Assembly (NCBI GenBank): GCA_023261505.1
Contig: JAHFOV010000002.1
Span: 14,136 to 78,135, forward strand
Direction: 5' to 3'
Length of the DNA: 64,000 nucleotides
Source of the DNA: Planctomycetota bacterium
Lineage (GTDB): Bacteria; Planctomycetota; Brocadiia; Brocadiales; Bathyanammoxibiaceae
Positions 37,490 through 47,512 of the stretch are shown here, in pieces. Positions within the stretch are counted from its first letter, which is position 1. Each line of letters opens with the position of its first letter. A model generated the notes under the pieces. It did no database searches, was not told where the DNA came from, and saw nothing but the letters and a program-made list of their open reading frames with translations. Both the position numbers and the translations under genes were made by a program.

Positions 37490-37791
37490 TGTTTCGCCCT
37501 CCTTTGTGGCGTGCGTCTCAACCACCACTTTATTTAGCACCTTTTTAAAAAGGCAAAGTCGATGTCTAAATCACCTCCTTTCGTATCCTCTTGTCCCAAA
37601 CTAAGATTTACTTTCTAGCTACGAGAAAATTATTCCGTAAAGGTATAGGAAGGGCATCAGTGGCAAGAGTACAACAGTTGTTGGTAGTAAATCAGTAGAA
37701 GTGTGACAGACCCTTGTCGCCACCCAGCAATTTAAGATTCGTCACAAATGACTTTCAATCACCTCCTTTCACATCACTCTGCCAAAAACAA

Positions 37792-37807
37792 AGCACAAGC
37801 TGTGCCA
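37792..37807 (-). promoter_or_regulatory. candidate sigma-54 (-24/-12) promoter upstream of the PEP-CTERM gene
   Basis: The minus strand reads TGGCAC-AGCTT-GTGCT, against the consensus TGGCAC-N5-TTGCW. Lies about 300 nt upstream of the ATG at 37489. Confidence 0.45.
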
Positions 37808-37846
37808 ATCATCCAGGCAAGAAATGATTTTTTGTAACAACTTGCT

Positions 37847-37880
<34 letters not shown>

Positions 37881-37903
37881 TTTCTAATCTCAAGCCAAAA
37901 AGT

Positions 37904-37932
37904 AAAAAGTGTTGATTTTCTCAACACTTTTT
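37904..37932. terminator. bidirectional intrinsic terminator-like hairpin
   Basis: Perfect 12-bp stem 'aaaaagtgttga'/'tcaacacttttt' with loop 'ttttc'. A/T runs flank it on both strands. Confidence 0.6.
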
Positions 37933-38207
37933 TCTCTACCATTTGTAAGATGTTAAAATACAACCTGTTATGAAAGTAGTTAATAGTGGAATTTTCCAGG
38001 AAAGTGGACAATTTTTTTAGAACTTAACGGGCAGAATTCTTTTCCTGGCTGGAAAGAATCTTGCAAAAGGCAAAACTGTTTTAATTAGATTCTTCTCTTC
38101 CCCTTCGCCTTTGGCTCAGGGCTTCGGCTCACTCAGAATGACAAATGGGGGAGGTTAGTTTTGAGGAGGTGTCTACTGAGAATTAAAAGGTTTTCAACAT
38201 AGTGCCT

Positions 38208-39227
38208 CTAGTTTCGCGATAATATGCGGGTCACCTCATCCACCTCAAAGGTTGGAAAAGCCTTTAGCTGGCCGTCTTCTATTAGCTTTAAACCCTTAGT
38301 CTTTTCTGCAAGGCAGCCAATGTCTGCTGCCTGTATGCCCTGTGCCCTTAAGGCTGAAAGCACCTTTTCACACTCTTCCGGAGCCACCGCTATGAGCAGT
38401 GCACCTGAGGCAATAATGCCCAGGGGGTCTAAACCATAATAGGAACAAAGTTCTTGAGTCTCTGAAAAGATAGGTATCCTTTGTTTATCAATTTCGGCTC
38501 CCAGGCTTGCAATTTCTGCCATCTCCTGTATGCCGGTAGCCAAACCCCCTTCTGTGAGGTCATGCATGGCGTGAACCTTTGCCGCTCTAGCGGCTTTAAG
38601 AGCCTCTTTGACCACACTAATCCCTGGGTCAACGAGGAATTCTTGCGCTCTTTTGACGAAACCCTCGCCAAAGTGAGCCCTTAACTCCCCGGACCTTTCC
38701 CTGGCTATGAGGGCTGTACCTTCAATGGCTATACCTTTTGTTAGGATTATCCTATCCCCTGCCCTGGCATTGGTCTTGAGGACGAGTTTATCTCTAGCTA
38801 CCTCGCCCAGCATGTGCCCAACTACTATGGGCCTATCCAGCCCTGGGGTAACTTCTGTATGCCCCCCGCAAAGGGCTACTCCTAATTGTTCTGCGGCCCT
38901 GGACATATCAGCAAAGATAGCCGTTACCAGCTCCTCATCGGTTTTCTTTTCGGGCAGGAGCAGGGTGGCAAGGAACCATTTGGGTTCTGCGCCCAGGGTG
39001 GCTACATCATTGGCATTCATATGTACGGCATACCAGCCTATCATTTCTGTGGCGTAGGTAATGGGGTCGCTCTTGGCCACCAGGTATCTATCCCCCATAT
39101 CAATAACTGCTGCATCCTCGCCTACTGTTGGCCCTATCACTAGACGTGGGTCTCTAACCCCCGTGTACTGCTTTAGGAGTTTGGCAAGGAGTTTTGGGTT
39201 CAGTTTCCCCAGAGGGAGGTTTTTCAT
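38208..39227 (-). CDS. AIR synthase-related (PurM/ThiL/HypE superfamily) protein
   Basis: 'GEDAAVIDMGDRYLVAKSDP' and 'NANDVATLGAEPKWF' are PurM-superfamily motifs. Confidence 0.7.
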   Translation of the reverse strand: MKNLPLGKLNPKLLAKLLKQYTGVRDPRLVIGPTVGEDAAVIDMGDRYLVAKSDPITYATEMIGWYAVHMNANDVATLGAEPKWFLATLLLPEKKTDEELVTAIFADMSRAAEQLGVALCGGHTEVTPGLDRPIVVGHMLGEVARDKLVLKTNARAGDRIILTKGIAIEGTALIARERSGELRAHFGEGFVKRAQEFLVDPGISVVKEALKAARAAKVHAMHDLTEGGLATGIQEMAEIASLGAEIDKQRIPIFSETQELCSYYGLDPLGIIASGALLIAVAPEECEKVLSALRAQGIQAADIGCLAEKTKGLKLIEDGQLKAFPTFEVDEVTRILSRN

Positions 39228-39249
39228 CTTGATAGGATTGTAAAACGAA

Positions 39250-39333
39250 GATTGGAAATTTCAAATTCTAAATTCCCAATATTAAATCCCCCTATATCCC
39301 CCTTTAGCAAAGGGGGACTGAGGGGGATTTTCC
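39250..39333. repeat. composite family C plus family D (CCCCCTTT..AAAGGGGG) repeats
   Basis: 'ggaaatttcaaattctaaattccc' followed by 'tccccctttagcaaagggggactgagggggatttt'. Confidence 0.7.
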
Positions 39334-39337
39334 CTGT

Positions 39338-40420
39338 CTACTGTCTAGTTTCTACTGTCTTTGATTCTAACTCAAATTTCCCCCTCTTATGCTCATACTT
39401 TGGTAAATTAAGCTCGGCTACCCTGGTGATGTATTCCTGAGTGGTAATAGAGGTGTACCAGTGTCCATTATACCTTGCCCAGGTGGTGACACCAGCAAAG
39501 ATGCCCAGTAAAAGGATAGCATAGAGGGCATAATGCACATTGCCTTTGGCTCCTGCCACCTTCATTTCCAGGGCCCCTGGTACTGGGCAGGCGTTGAGGC
39601 AATCGTAACAGTGCCAGCATTCGGGTGAGATTTCTCTCTTTACCTTATCCACAGGCAGGAGTACAGGGCATGCCCTCCGGCAGGCCCCGCAGTTAATACA
39701 TTTTTGCTCATTCCGTGTCACCCTGACCCCGAAAGGGTTGTTGTAGTGCAGTAACCCCAGGAATGCGCCGTAAGGGCACAAGTATCTGCACCAGAAATTC
39801 TTGGTAATGAAGGACAGGGCAACTAAGACAGACAGAACAATGAGGGTGTTATTGTTCATACTGGTGAAGAACTGTAACATCTTTATATCTGCCACCCGGA
39901 TATAAGGTACCTCTCTGTAGAAGCGCTCCAGAAAACTCCCGTCCATCTTTATCAGTATCTGGTAAAGGAAGAAGAAGAGCATTAAATACTTCAGGCTCCT
40001 AAGTGCCCAGTCCGCTGTCTTTGGTAAGGTGTAGTTTTTGCCCAAAATCTGTTTGCCACCCATCCAAAGCCACTCTGAGAAGGTACCCACTGGGCATATC
40101 CAGCTACAAAAGCCCCTCCCTATGAAAAAGGCTATTACAAGTACCGAGGAAAGGATGACGAACCCTGCTGGATGAATGGGGTCAATCTTTCCTGAGACAA
40201 GGAAGTACTTGAGTCCAATCAATGCCCCTATTGGCAAAAAGGCCTCCACCCCTGGGGGCCTGGCTACATAGGGGAGCGTCCCGCCTGACTTACAGTACTC
40301 CACAAATAGATAAAACTTGTAACCAAGAAATAGGACAAAGAGGAAGAAGAACAATTGTACCGACCAACGTACCCTCTGGGAGTTTATTTTCAGGTTTTGA
40401 ATATATTTTGAAACATCCAT
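39338..40420 (-). CDS. membrane-bound 4Fe-4S polyferredoxin (NapH/MauN-like)
   Basis: Multi-TM with 'CINCGACRRACPV' and 'CWHCYDCLNACPV'. The ATG at 40420 lies after AAGGAGG. Confidence 0.7.
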   Translation of the reverse strand: MDVSKYIQNLKINSQRVRWSVQLFFFLFVLFLGYKFYLFVEYCKSGGTLPYVARPPGVEAFLPIGALIGLKYFLVSGKIDPIHPAGFVILSSVLVIAFFIGRGFCSWICPVGTFSEWLWMGGKQILGKNYTLPKTADWALRSLKYLMLFFFLYQILIKMDGSFLERFYREVPYIRVADIKMLQFFTSMNNNTLIVLSVLVALSFITKNFWCRYLCPYGAFLGLLHYNNPFGVRVTRNEQKCINCGACRRACPVLLPVDKVKREISPECWHCYDCLNACPVPGALEMKVAGAKGNVHYALYAILLLGIFAGVTTWARYNGHWYTSITTQEYITRVAELNLPKYEHKRGKFELESKTVETRQ

Positions 40421-40680
40421 AAAAAACAAACCTCCTTAAGAAATAAAACAACATCATTATTATAAGGTATAATTTTAAGGGCAGTCAAGGCCTTACTGCA
40501 GATAGGTCTTCTTGACCGACCTAAAGGGTATATACCTAGTCGTGTAAGGTGTCTTAAAAAGCACCCTATTACTCACCCTCCCCCTTCCCCCTCCCTTGAA
40601 GGGAGGGGGATTAATTGTTGTTTCCATAAAGGAAAGGGGGCATACTCCACGTTACCTTATCCCTTTACGCTTGACACGTT

Positions 40681-40710
40681 AGCTAAAGCTTTGATACAAT
40701 CTGCTTTATA
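40681..40710 (+). promoter_or_regulatory. sigma-70 promoter with extended -10 upstream of the central-carbon gene array
   Basis: TTGACA (40681-40686), an 18-nt spacer ending in TG-n, then TACAAT (40705-40710). Lies about 70 nt upstream of the ATG at 40783. Confidence 0.6.
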
Positions 40711-40782
40711 AAAGGGTGACTTAGGCGGAATCAGGAGGAACTATTCTAAGCACCTGTACTTGCGAACCTTAAGGAGTTAAAA

Positions 40783-42195
40783 ATGTTACGTTTTAATGAA
40801 CGCAGACGCAGCCTGGAACAGGATGACTATAGATTTGAACTCCAGGATGTAAAGGAGCCCAATCTCTATAGGGATATGTTCTCTTATGGGCAGATACCTA
40901 AAATACCTTTTAACTACCGCCTTAGTCCTATGGACCCTCCAGAGAATATATGGATTACTGACACTACCTTCCGCGATGGACAGCAGTCAAGGCCTCCTTT
41001 CACCGTAAAGCAGATTGTTGACCTCTATGACCTTCTACACCAACTAGGGGGAAAACAAGGGCTCATAAGGCAGTGCGAATTCTTCCTTTACACTGACAAG
41101 GACAAGGAGGCTGTTGTTAAATGTCTCGAGAGGGGTTACAAATATCCAGAAGTTACTGGGTGGATAAGGGCCAACAAAAATGATTTTAAACTAGTGAAAG
41201 AAATGGGGCTGAAGGAGACAGGGATCCTCACCTCTGCCTCTGATTACCATATTTTCTACAAGCTGGGTAAGACCCGCCGCCAGGCCCTGGAGAGTTACCT
41301 GGACATTGTGAGGGCAGCCTTGGAAGTAGGCATCATCCCTCGCTGCCACTTTGAGGATATTACCAGGGCAGACTTTTATGGATTTGTAGTCCCCTTTGCC
41401 CAGGAACTAATGAAACTTTCAGAAGAGAGTAAGATACCAATAAAAATACGTGCCTGTGACACAATGGGCTACGGAGTTGGCTATCCCGGTGCTATGCTAC
41501 CTAGGAGCGTACCTGGTATAGTTTATGGCCTCAGCCATTTTGCTAAGGTACCTCCCCAAAACCTTGAATGGCATGGCCACAACGATTTCTATAAGGCGGT
41601 CTCTAATGCTACCACCGCCTGGCTTTATGGCTGTAGTGGTGCTAACGGCACAATACTTGGTATTGGTGAGCGTACTGGAAACACCCCCTTAGAGGCCCTT
41701 GTTATTGAATATATGGCTTTAAGGGGTGACGATAGCATTGATACGACTATTATTACCGATATAGCAAATTACTTCAGAAAAAAGATAGGTTGCGAGATTC
41801 CACCCAATCAACCCTTGGTGGGGTCCCACTTTAATGTAACCCTAGCTGGCATACATCTGGATGGCCTTCTCAAGAATGAAGAAATATATAACATCTTTGA
41901 TACCAGGAAGCTGCTCAAGATACCCCCAGGGGTAGCGGTCAACGACAAATCCGGGGTAGCTGGGATCGTTCACTGGATAAAGGTCAACCTTAATGTCCAG
42001 AGGGAAGATTTAACTAAGTCCCATCCTGGCATTATAAGGATAAAAGATTGGGTAATGGAACAGTATGCCAAAGGCAGGATAACGGTTATATCTGACGAAG
42101 AGATGATGGAGCAGGTCAAAAAGCACCTACCAGAACTTTTTGAATCGCCTCGGGAGGCTAGCGAGAGCCTTGAGACTGTACGAACACCAGGCTAG
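40783..42195 (+). CDS. HMGL-like/DRE-TIM acyl-CoA condensing enzyme (Re-citrate synthase / homocitrate synthase family)
   Basis: 'WITDTTFRDGQQS' and 'EWHGHNDFYKAVSN' metal-ligand motifs. TCA-gene context favours Re-citrate synthase, but substrate cannot be assigned from sequence alone. Confidence 0.7.
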   Translation: MLRFNERRRSLEQDDYRFELQDVKEPNLYRDMFSYGQIPKIPFNYRLSPMDPPENIWITDTTFRDGQQSRPPFTVKQIVDLYDLLHQLGGKQGLIRQCEFFLYTDKDKEAVVKCLERGYKYPEVTGWIRANKNDFKLVKEMGLKETGILTSASDYHIFYKLGKTRRQALESYLDIVRAALEVGIIPRCHFEDITRADFYGFVVPFAQELMKLSEESKIPIKIRACDTMGYGVGYPGAMLPRSVPGIVYGLSHFAKVPPQNLEWHGHNDFYKAVSNATTAWLYGCSGANGTILGIGERTGNTPLEALVIEYMALRGDDSIDTTIITDIANYFRKKIGCEIPPNQPLVGSHFNVTLAGIHLDGLLKNEEIYNIFDTRKLLKIPPGVAVNDKSGVAGIVHWIKVNLNVQREDLTKSHPGIIRIKDWVMEQYAKGRITVISDEEMMEQVKKHLPELFESPREASESLETVRTPG

Positions 42196-43336
42196 GGAGA
42201 TATTACAAGGCTACGTCACTTGTATACCTAAAAGCAGCACCATATTCAAACCTGAAGAGGCAGAGGAGGCTTTCCTTAAGCTTGGTCAGCCCAGGGCAGT
42301 GATAAAGGCCCAGGTATTGACAGGGGGTAGGGGTAAGGCTGGGGGCGTGAAGATAGTAAATAGTCCGGCAGAGGCAAAGGATTTTGCTAAAAGGCTGCTG
42401 GGCTCAAGATTAGTAACGCCTCAAACCACACCAGAAGGAGAGGAAGTTAAGGCGCTACTCTTCCAGGAAGTCATCTCTATCCAGCGGGAATTGTATCTAG
42501 CCTTTCTCATTGACAGGCAGAGGGCATGTTCTTTGCTTGTGGGGTGTGGAGAAGGGGGTGTAGAAATAGAAGAACTGGCCAGGAAAGCCCCAGAAAAGGT
42601 CTTAAAGGATCCCTGGGATAGCTTGCAAGGTTTGCTCCCCTTCCAGGCCAGAAGGACAGCCTACTTTATGGGCTTATCAGGTTCTTATCTCAAAGAAGCA
42701 GCCAGCTTGATACTGGGCCTTTCAAGGGCTTTTATTGAAAAGGAACTCACTCTTCTAGAAATTAACCCCCTGGCCGTCACCTCTGAAGGGTCTTTGTCTA
42801 TATTGGATGTTAAAGCTAATTTTGATGACAACGCCTTTTTTCGCCATCAGGAGATGGTAGCCATAAGGCCCAGGGCAGAGGAATCTCTGGAGGCCCTTGC
42901 CTCCAGCTTTGGTTTGAGCTATGTGGGGTTAGAGGGGAATATAGGGTGCCTGGTGAATGGAGCGGGACTTGCCATGGCTACTAATGACATTATCAGGGTC
43001 TGCGGGGGTAAGCCGGCTAATTTTCTTGACGTAGGTGGAGACGCCTCTACTGAAAGAGTGACCCAGGCTTTCAGTATCTTGCTGCGGGACCCAAGGCTGA
43101 GGGCAGTCTTAGTAAATATTTTTGGTGGTATAACTCGTTGTGATACCATTGCTAAGGCAATCCTGGAGGTCTTAAAGGATACACCTCTCCGTATTCCTAT
43201 GATACTAAGGATGGAAGGAACTAATGCCTTAGAAGCAAGGAAAATGCTAGAGGGTTCTGGTCTTCCATTTCGCTTTTCCAGGGAAATGAAAGAAGCAACC
43301 TTACTGGCAATAGAAGCTGCTGAAATAAAAGAATAA
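42170..43336 (+). CDS. sucC: succinyl-CoA synthetase (ADP-forming) beta subunit
   Basis: The TTG at 42170 gives a canonical 'MRLYEHQAREIL' N-terminus (the ORF-track start is TTG 42140). 'KAQVLTGGRGKAGGVK' and 'NIFGGITRCD'. Confidence 0.85.
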   Translation: MRLYEHQAREILQGYVTCIPKSSTIFKPEEAEEAFLKLGQPRAVIKAQVLTGGRGKAGGVKIVNSPAEAKDFAKRLLGSRLVTPQTTPEGEEVKALLFQEVISIQRELYLAFLIDRQRACSLLVGCGEGGVEIEELARKAPEKVLKDPWDSLQGLLPFQARRTAYFMGLSGSYLKEAASLILGLSRAFIEKELTLLEINPLAVTSEGSLSILDVKANFDDNAFFRHQEMVAIRPRAEESLEALASSFGLSYVGLEGNIGCLVNGAGLAMATNDIIRVCGGKPANFLDVGGDASTERVTQAFSILLRDPRLRAVLVNIFGGITRCDTIAKAILEVLKDTPLRIPMILRMEGTNALEARKMLEGSGLPFRFSREMKEATLLAIEAAEIKE

Positions 43337-43371
43337 GGAAAAACTGCTAAAACAACCATAGGGGAAAGACA

Positions 43372-44586
43372 ATGAAAAGGATAATAGTGAAATTGACCTG
43401 CCTGCTTGCAATACTTTTCGTAAGCTCCTTTTTGGCAAAAGGAGTAAAGGCTCAAGTACACGACTATGTATACGACTACGAGAGGATGAGTAGGGCAGTC
43501 GTATCTATGTTGAATGCGGTGGAGAATTTTATTGCGGTGAATATAGATGTAATAGACTGCAATAATGCATTTATAGGGAAACCTATTCCTAAAGATGCGG
43601 CTTGCAACTACAAAGGAATCAATCCAGAGGGGGGTTGCATGAGGATAGGTAAAGAGCTTACCCAAAGGACGGGGATAAAGGTCAAATTTGCTTCCGAAGG
43701 GAAAGGGAAACTGGGCCTAAGGAACAAAGAGAATACGCCAGATGAATGGGAAAGCAACCAGTTGAAAAAGTTTGCAACCATTCGCTACCCGAAGGGCGTA
43801 GGTTTTGGAGAGGTTGAAATGATAAAAGAAACTTTAGACGTACAATACCGCTACATCTATCCTCTTTATGTAGAACCGTCATGCCTGAAATGCCATGGTG
43901 ACCCAGCGACTAGCCCAACAAAGGATGGCAAAGATGTTACAGGAAATACGATGGAAGGCTATAAGTTAGTAGAACTTATAGGTGCTATTAGCATAGTATC
44001 TCCTATAGAGGCGGAACCCACAACAGGGACAGAGGTGGTATTTTATGACTATAACAAAATGGCTAAGGTTATTATTAATCTTCTCCAGATGCCAGGTTAT
44101 TTTATGGCCAGGAATTTAGACGTAATTGACACCTATGGTGCCTTCTTAGGCAAGCCAGTTCCCCAAAACGAGCCCTCTAGCTATAAAGGAATTAACCCCG
44201 TTGCTTTTGCGAAAACGATTACCACGGAATTTGCTGCCAGCACCGGTATAAAGGCGAGGTTTATATCCGAAGGGAAAGGCTCATACGGTCCCAGAAACCC
44301 TTCCGAAGCTGCGCCTGATCCCTGGGAACTTATTCAGCTCAGGAAATACACGGAGAAAGCTCCCAATACAGAGGGTTATGGTGAAGTAATAAAGATTTCA
44401 GCCGTAGGCCTTACTGTTTACCGCTATTTCTACCCCCTTTACATAAACGAACTCTGCCAGAAGTGCCATGGGGACCCTGCAACCAGTCCTACCAGGGATG
44501 GTAAGGATATTACGGGCGCCTATATGGAAAATTACAAAGTCGGGGATCTCCGCGGCGGAATTAGCCTGACTTTCCCTGTGAAGTAA
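43372..44586 (+). CDS. secreted tandem DUF3365 (Tll0287-like) dihaem c-type protein
   Basis: Signal peptide. Two homologous halves each end in 'YRYxYPLY...[21 protein letters not shown]...Y...G.IS'. Confidence 0.75.
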   Translation: MKRIIVKLTCLLAILFVSSFLAKGVKAQVHDYVYDYERMSRAVVSMLNAVENFIAVNIDVIDCNNAFIGKPIPKDAACNYKGINPEGGCMRIGKELTQRTGIKVKFASEGKGKLGLRNKENTPDEWESNQLKKFATIRYPKGVGFGEVEMIKETLDVQYRYIYPLYVEPSCLKCHGDPATSPTKDGKDVTGNTMEGYKLVELIGAISIVSPIEAEPTTGTEVVFYDYNKMAKVIINLLQMPGYFMARNLDVIDTYGAFLGKPVPQNEPSSYKGINPVAFAKTITTEFAASTGIKARFISEGKGSYGPRNPSEAAPDPWELIQLRKYTEKAPNTEGYGEVIKISAVGLTVYRYFYPLYINELCQKCHGDPATSPTRDGKDITGAYMENYKVGDLRGGISLTFPVK

Positions 44587-44606
44587 TTCACGTCAGGCTG
44601 GATGGA

Positions 44607-45491
44607 ATGCAAATCGATCGCAACACGAGGGTCATCTGCCAGGGCATGACAGGGACGGCAGGGAGCTTCCATACCCGCCTTATGAAGGAGTATGGAACAA
44701 AAATAGTGGCTGGGGTTACACCTGGAAAGGGGGGTACCTTCCATGAAGGGATACCAGTTTACGATACAGTTCTGGAAGCTGCTAAAAAAACAGACGCCGA
44801 GGCCAGTGTAATATTTGTCCCTGCCCCTTTTGCCCCTGATGCCATAATGGAGGCGGTGGAGGCTGGCCTTCGCCTTGTAGTATGTATTACAGAGGGCATT
44901 CCGGTCCATGACATGGTCAGGGTTAAGAGATACTTAGCTGAAAGGAACGCTTATCTCATCGGCCCCAACTGCCCGGGAATCACAGTGCCCGGGCAAGCCA
45001 AAATAGGTATAATGCCTGGCTATATACATACCCCTGGTATAGTGGGTGTGGTCTCACGCAGTGGTACCCTTACTTATGAGGTAGTATGGCAGCTAACACA
45101 GCGTGGCATAGGCCAGTCTACCTGTATTGGTATAGGAGGTGACCCAATCCTGGGAATGAGCTTTGTAGACGTCCTGAGGCTCTTTGAAGAGGATAGCGAA
45201 ACCCACGCCATTATCCTCATAGGAGAGATAGGGGGCGTTATGGAAGAAGAGGCAGCTAGCTACATCCGATCCGCCGTAAAAAAACCCGTAATCAGTTTTA
45301 TTGCTGGCAGAAATGCCCCCAGGGGGAAGCGAATGGGCCATGCCGGGGCAATAATAGAAGGAGGAATGGGTACATGGCAGAGCAAGGCAGAGGCCCTAAA
45401 AGAAGCAGGAGTTCACGTGATTGATAACCCCGCTGAGGTAGGCGTTAAAGTATGGACATTATTTAGAGAAACTGGGCTTATAAAAGTTTAG
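44607..45491 (+). CDS. sucD: succinyl-CoA synthetase alpha subunit
   Basis: '[14 protein letters not shown]', 'SRSGTLTYE' and the phosphohistidine loop 'MGHAGAII'. Confidence 0.9.
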   Translation: MQIDRNTRVICQGMTGTAGSFHTRLMKEYGTKIVAGVTPGKGGTFHEGIPVYDTVLEAAKKTDAEASVIFVPAPFAPDAIMEAVEAGLRLVVCITEGIPVHDMVRVKRYLAERNAYLIGPNCPGITVPGQAKIGIMPGYIHTPGIVGVVSRSGTLTYEVVWQLTQRGIGQSTCIGIGGDPILGMSFVDVLRLFEEDSETHAIILIGEIGGVMEEEAASYIRSAVKKPVISFIAGRNAPRGKRMGHAGAIIEGGMGTWQSKAEALKEAGVHVIDNPAEVGVKVWTLFRETGLIKV

Positions 45492-45512
45492 TAAATATTT
45501 TATAATATTTGC

Positions 45513-45734
45513 ATGGCGCGCCAAAGGAAGGGTGAAGTTGCTATAAATCATAATTACTGCAAGCGGTGCAATATCTGCCCTCAGTTCTGTCCCACTAAGA
45601 ACCTTGAGATCGTAGGAGGAAAGCTGGTGTCTTATGATAGGTGCATTGCTTGTTTTGCTTGTGAGAGATATTGCCCCGATCTCGCCATAGAGGTGGTTAA
45701 AATATACCATGTCGAAACAACTCCTGCAGGGTAA
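45513..45734 (+). CDS. 2-oxoacid:ferredoxin oxidoreductase delta (2x[4Fe-4S] ferredoxin) subunit
   Basis: 73 aa with 'CKRCNICPQFCP' and 'CIACFACERYCP'. Precedes the alpha, beta and gamma genes. Confidence 0.75.
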   Translation: MARQRKGEVAINHNYCKRCNICPQFCPTKNLEIVGGKLVSYDRCIACFACERYCPDLAIEVVKIYHVETTPAG

Positions 45735-46749
45735 TCAGGCCATAGTGATAGCGGCAGAGAGGGCCGGCTTAGGCTTCTTTGCTGGCTATCCCATCACCCC
45801 TGCCTCTGAGATACTTCATGAACTGGTGGGTAGAAAGTACATAAAGGTCATGCAGATGGAGGACGAGATAGCCTCCATAAATGCCTGTATAGGGGCCTCC
45901 CTTGCTGGGCTTAAGGTCATGACGGCTACCAGTGGGCCCGGTTTCTCCCTCATGCAGGAGAGCATAGGGCTAGCCCACATGATGGAAGTCCCTATGGTAA
46001 TAGTAAATGTACAAAGGGTAGGACCCAGCACAGGGATGCCGACCTTCCCCGCCCAAGGTGATATTATTCAGGCAAGGCACGGCAGCCATGGAGACTACTT
46101 CCCTATAATCTTTTATCCCAACTCTGTTGAAGAGATCTACCGACATACATTCAGTGCCTTTAACGCCGCCGAAGAGTCCCTTAGTCCTGTTCTACTCCTC
46201 AGCGATGGCTACATTAGCCACCTGTACGAAACCGTGGAGCTTACGAACTATCCAGTTGTACAGAGGGGCAGACCACCTCTAGGCGCAGGTAACCGTCACT
46301 TTACTGGTCTTACCCATAAGGACTCGTGCCCCGTAACCTCAAGCCCTGAGGTGCACAGAACCCTTCTAGCCCACTTCCAAAAGAAGTGTATGCAGACCTG
46401 CGCAAACTACAACTTTTATGAATATATTGAAAACGACACGGCAGATACCCTTTTGATAGCCTTCGGTGCCCTATCAAGGGCCATTTACAATTTTAAGGAT
46501 AAATATGGCGTTTTCAGGCCCATCAGGCTTTTCCCCATGATAGAAGAATTAAAGGACTTCGCTTCCCGATACGAATACATTGTAGTCCTGGAAATGAACA
46601 CTGGCCAATATTGTTATGAGGTAGAAAGCCTTCTGCACAGAGAGGTGGAGCTACTGGCCCTGCCTGGAGGCAAAATAGACATTAAGGAAATAAGCGACAA
46701 ACTTCAGGAATTAAGACAGGCATCATCTAAACAGGTAACGATAAACTAA
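45709..46749 (+). CDS. 2-oxoacid (probably 2-oxoglutarate):ferredoxin oxidoreductase alpha subunit
   Basis: 'GNQAIVIAAERAGLGFFAGYPITPASEI' and 'TATSGPGFSLMQE'. The 2-oxoglutarate assignment rests only on sucCD/fumarase context. Confidence 0.8.
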   Translation: MSKQLLQGNQAIVIAAERAGLGFFAGYPITPASEILHELVGRKYIKVMQMEDEIASINACIGASLAGLKVMTATSGPGFSLMQESIGLAHMMEVPMVIVNVQRVGPSTGMPTFPAQGDIIQARHGSHGDYFPIIFYPNSVEEIYRHTFSAFNAAEESLSPVLLLSDGYISHLYETVELTNYPVVQRGRPPLGAGNRHFTGLTHKDSCPVTSSPEVHRTLLAHFQKKCMQTCANYNFYEYIENDTADTLLIAFGALSRAIYNFKDKYGVFRPIRLFPMIEELKDFASRYEYIVVLEMNTGQYCYEVESLLHREVELLALPGGKIDIKEISDKLQELRQASSKQVTIN

Positions 46750-46762
46750 GCAGGCGATAAAC

Positions 46763-47512
46763 ATGGAAGACACTATGCGTTTCAAGCGCTTCCTGAAGGA
46801 AGAGAACCTGCCCACCCCATGGTGTCCGGGCTGTGGTAACGGCCAGATTCTTAAGTCAGCATGCCAGGCCTTTGAAGAACTCAATTTTGATAAGCGACAG
46901 GTAGTCATCGTCTCTGGCATAGGATGCGCGGGCAGGAGCGCTGGTTTCTTTGACATGGACTCAGTCCATACTGCCCACGGTAGGGCTATCCCTGTTGCTG
47001 AGGGTATAAAAACCGCCAATGAGAACCTGAAAGTTGTTGTACTGAGCGGAGACGGAGATCTACTGGGCATAGGTGGCAACCATCTCCTTCATGCCACAAG
47101 GCGAAATACCCCCATCTCTATTATCTGCTACTCCAACGAGATATACGGTATGACCGGTGGCCAGGTCTCTCCCACTACCAGACTAAATACCAAGACCGTC
47201 ACCACGCCCGAAGGCAACAAAGACTGCCCTGTCAACGTTCAAGCTATTATCAAGGCCCACAACTGCTTCTATGCAAGAAGTACTACCTTTCATCTAGCAC
47301 ACCTTAAAAAAAGCATTATTGAGGCACTGAGACACCCCGGTCTTTCCTTTGTAGATGTTATATGCCAGTGCATCGTCAATAACGGTCGCCGCGTAGGGTT
47401 CAAAGACGCTTTTGAGATGCTTATGTACTATAAGAACAATTATAAAATTAACGACAATACCGAACTTCTAAAAGAGAACGAGATAGGAATAACCCGATGG
47501 ACTTCAGCGTAG
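46763..47512 (+). CDS. 2-oxoacid:ferredoxin oxidoreductase beta (TPP) subunit
   Basis: 'WCPGCGNG', 'SGIGC' and 'VLSGDGDLLGIGGNH'. Confidence 0.85.
   Translation: MEDTMRFKRFLKEENLPTPWCPGCGNGQILKSACQAFEELNFDKRQVVIVSGIGCAGRSAGFFDMDSVHTAHGRAIPVAEGIKTANENLKVVVLSGDGDLLGIGGNHLLHATRRNTPISIICYSNEIYGMTGGQVSPTTRLNTKTVTTPEGNKDCPVNVQAIIKAHNCFYARSTTFHLAHLKKSIIEALRHPGLSFVDVICQCIVNNGRRVGFKDAFEMLMYYKNNYKINDNTELLKENEIGITRWTSA

Noticed and set aside
37570-37582. The plus-strand 'ATCACCTCCTTTC' (also at 37758-37770) resembles the 3' end of 16S rRNA.
   Set aside because: No flanking 16S sequence is present, such as GGTTGGATCACC or the upstream helix 45. It occurs twice within 200 nt of A+T-rich non-coding DNA, and reading it as an SD box on the minus strand is more sensible.
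42919-43665. A 248-aa minus-strand ORF spans the sucC 3' end and the DUF3365 5' end.
   Set aside because: It is antisense to two ORFs with strong family motifs. It has a low-complexity, Ile/Tyr/Pro-rich sequence with no recognisable motif or RBS, so it is a shadow ORF.
42170-45491. The sucC/sucD-like pair could be citryl-CoA synthetase (CcsA/CcsB) forming a citrate-cleavage module with the HMGL-like enzyme.
   Set aside because: The subunit sizes and N-termini look like ordinary succinyl-CoA synthetase. I cannot discriminate the two without phylogeny, so I kept the conservative call.
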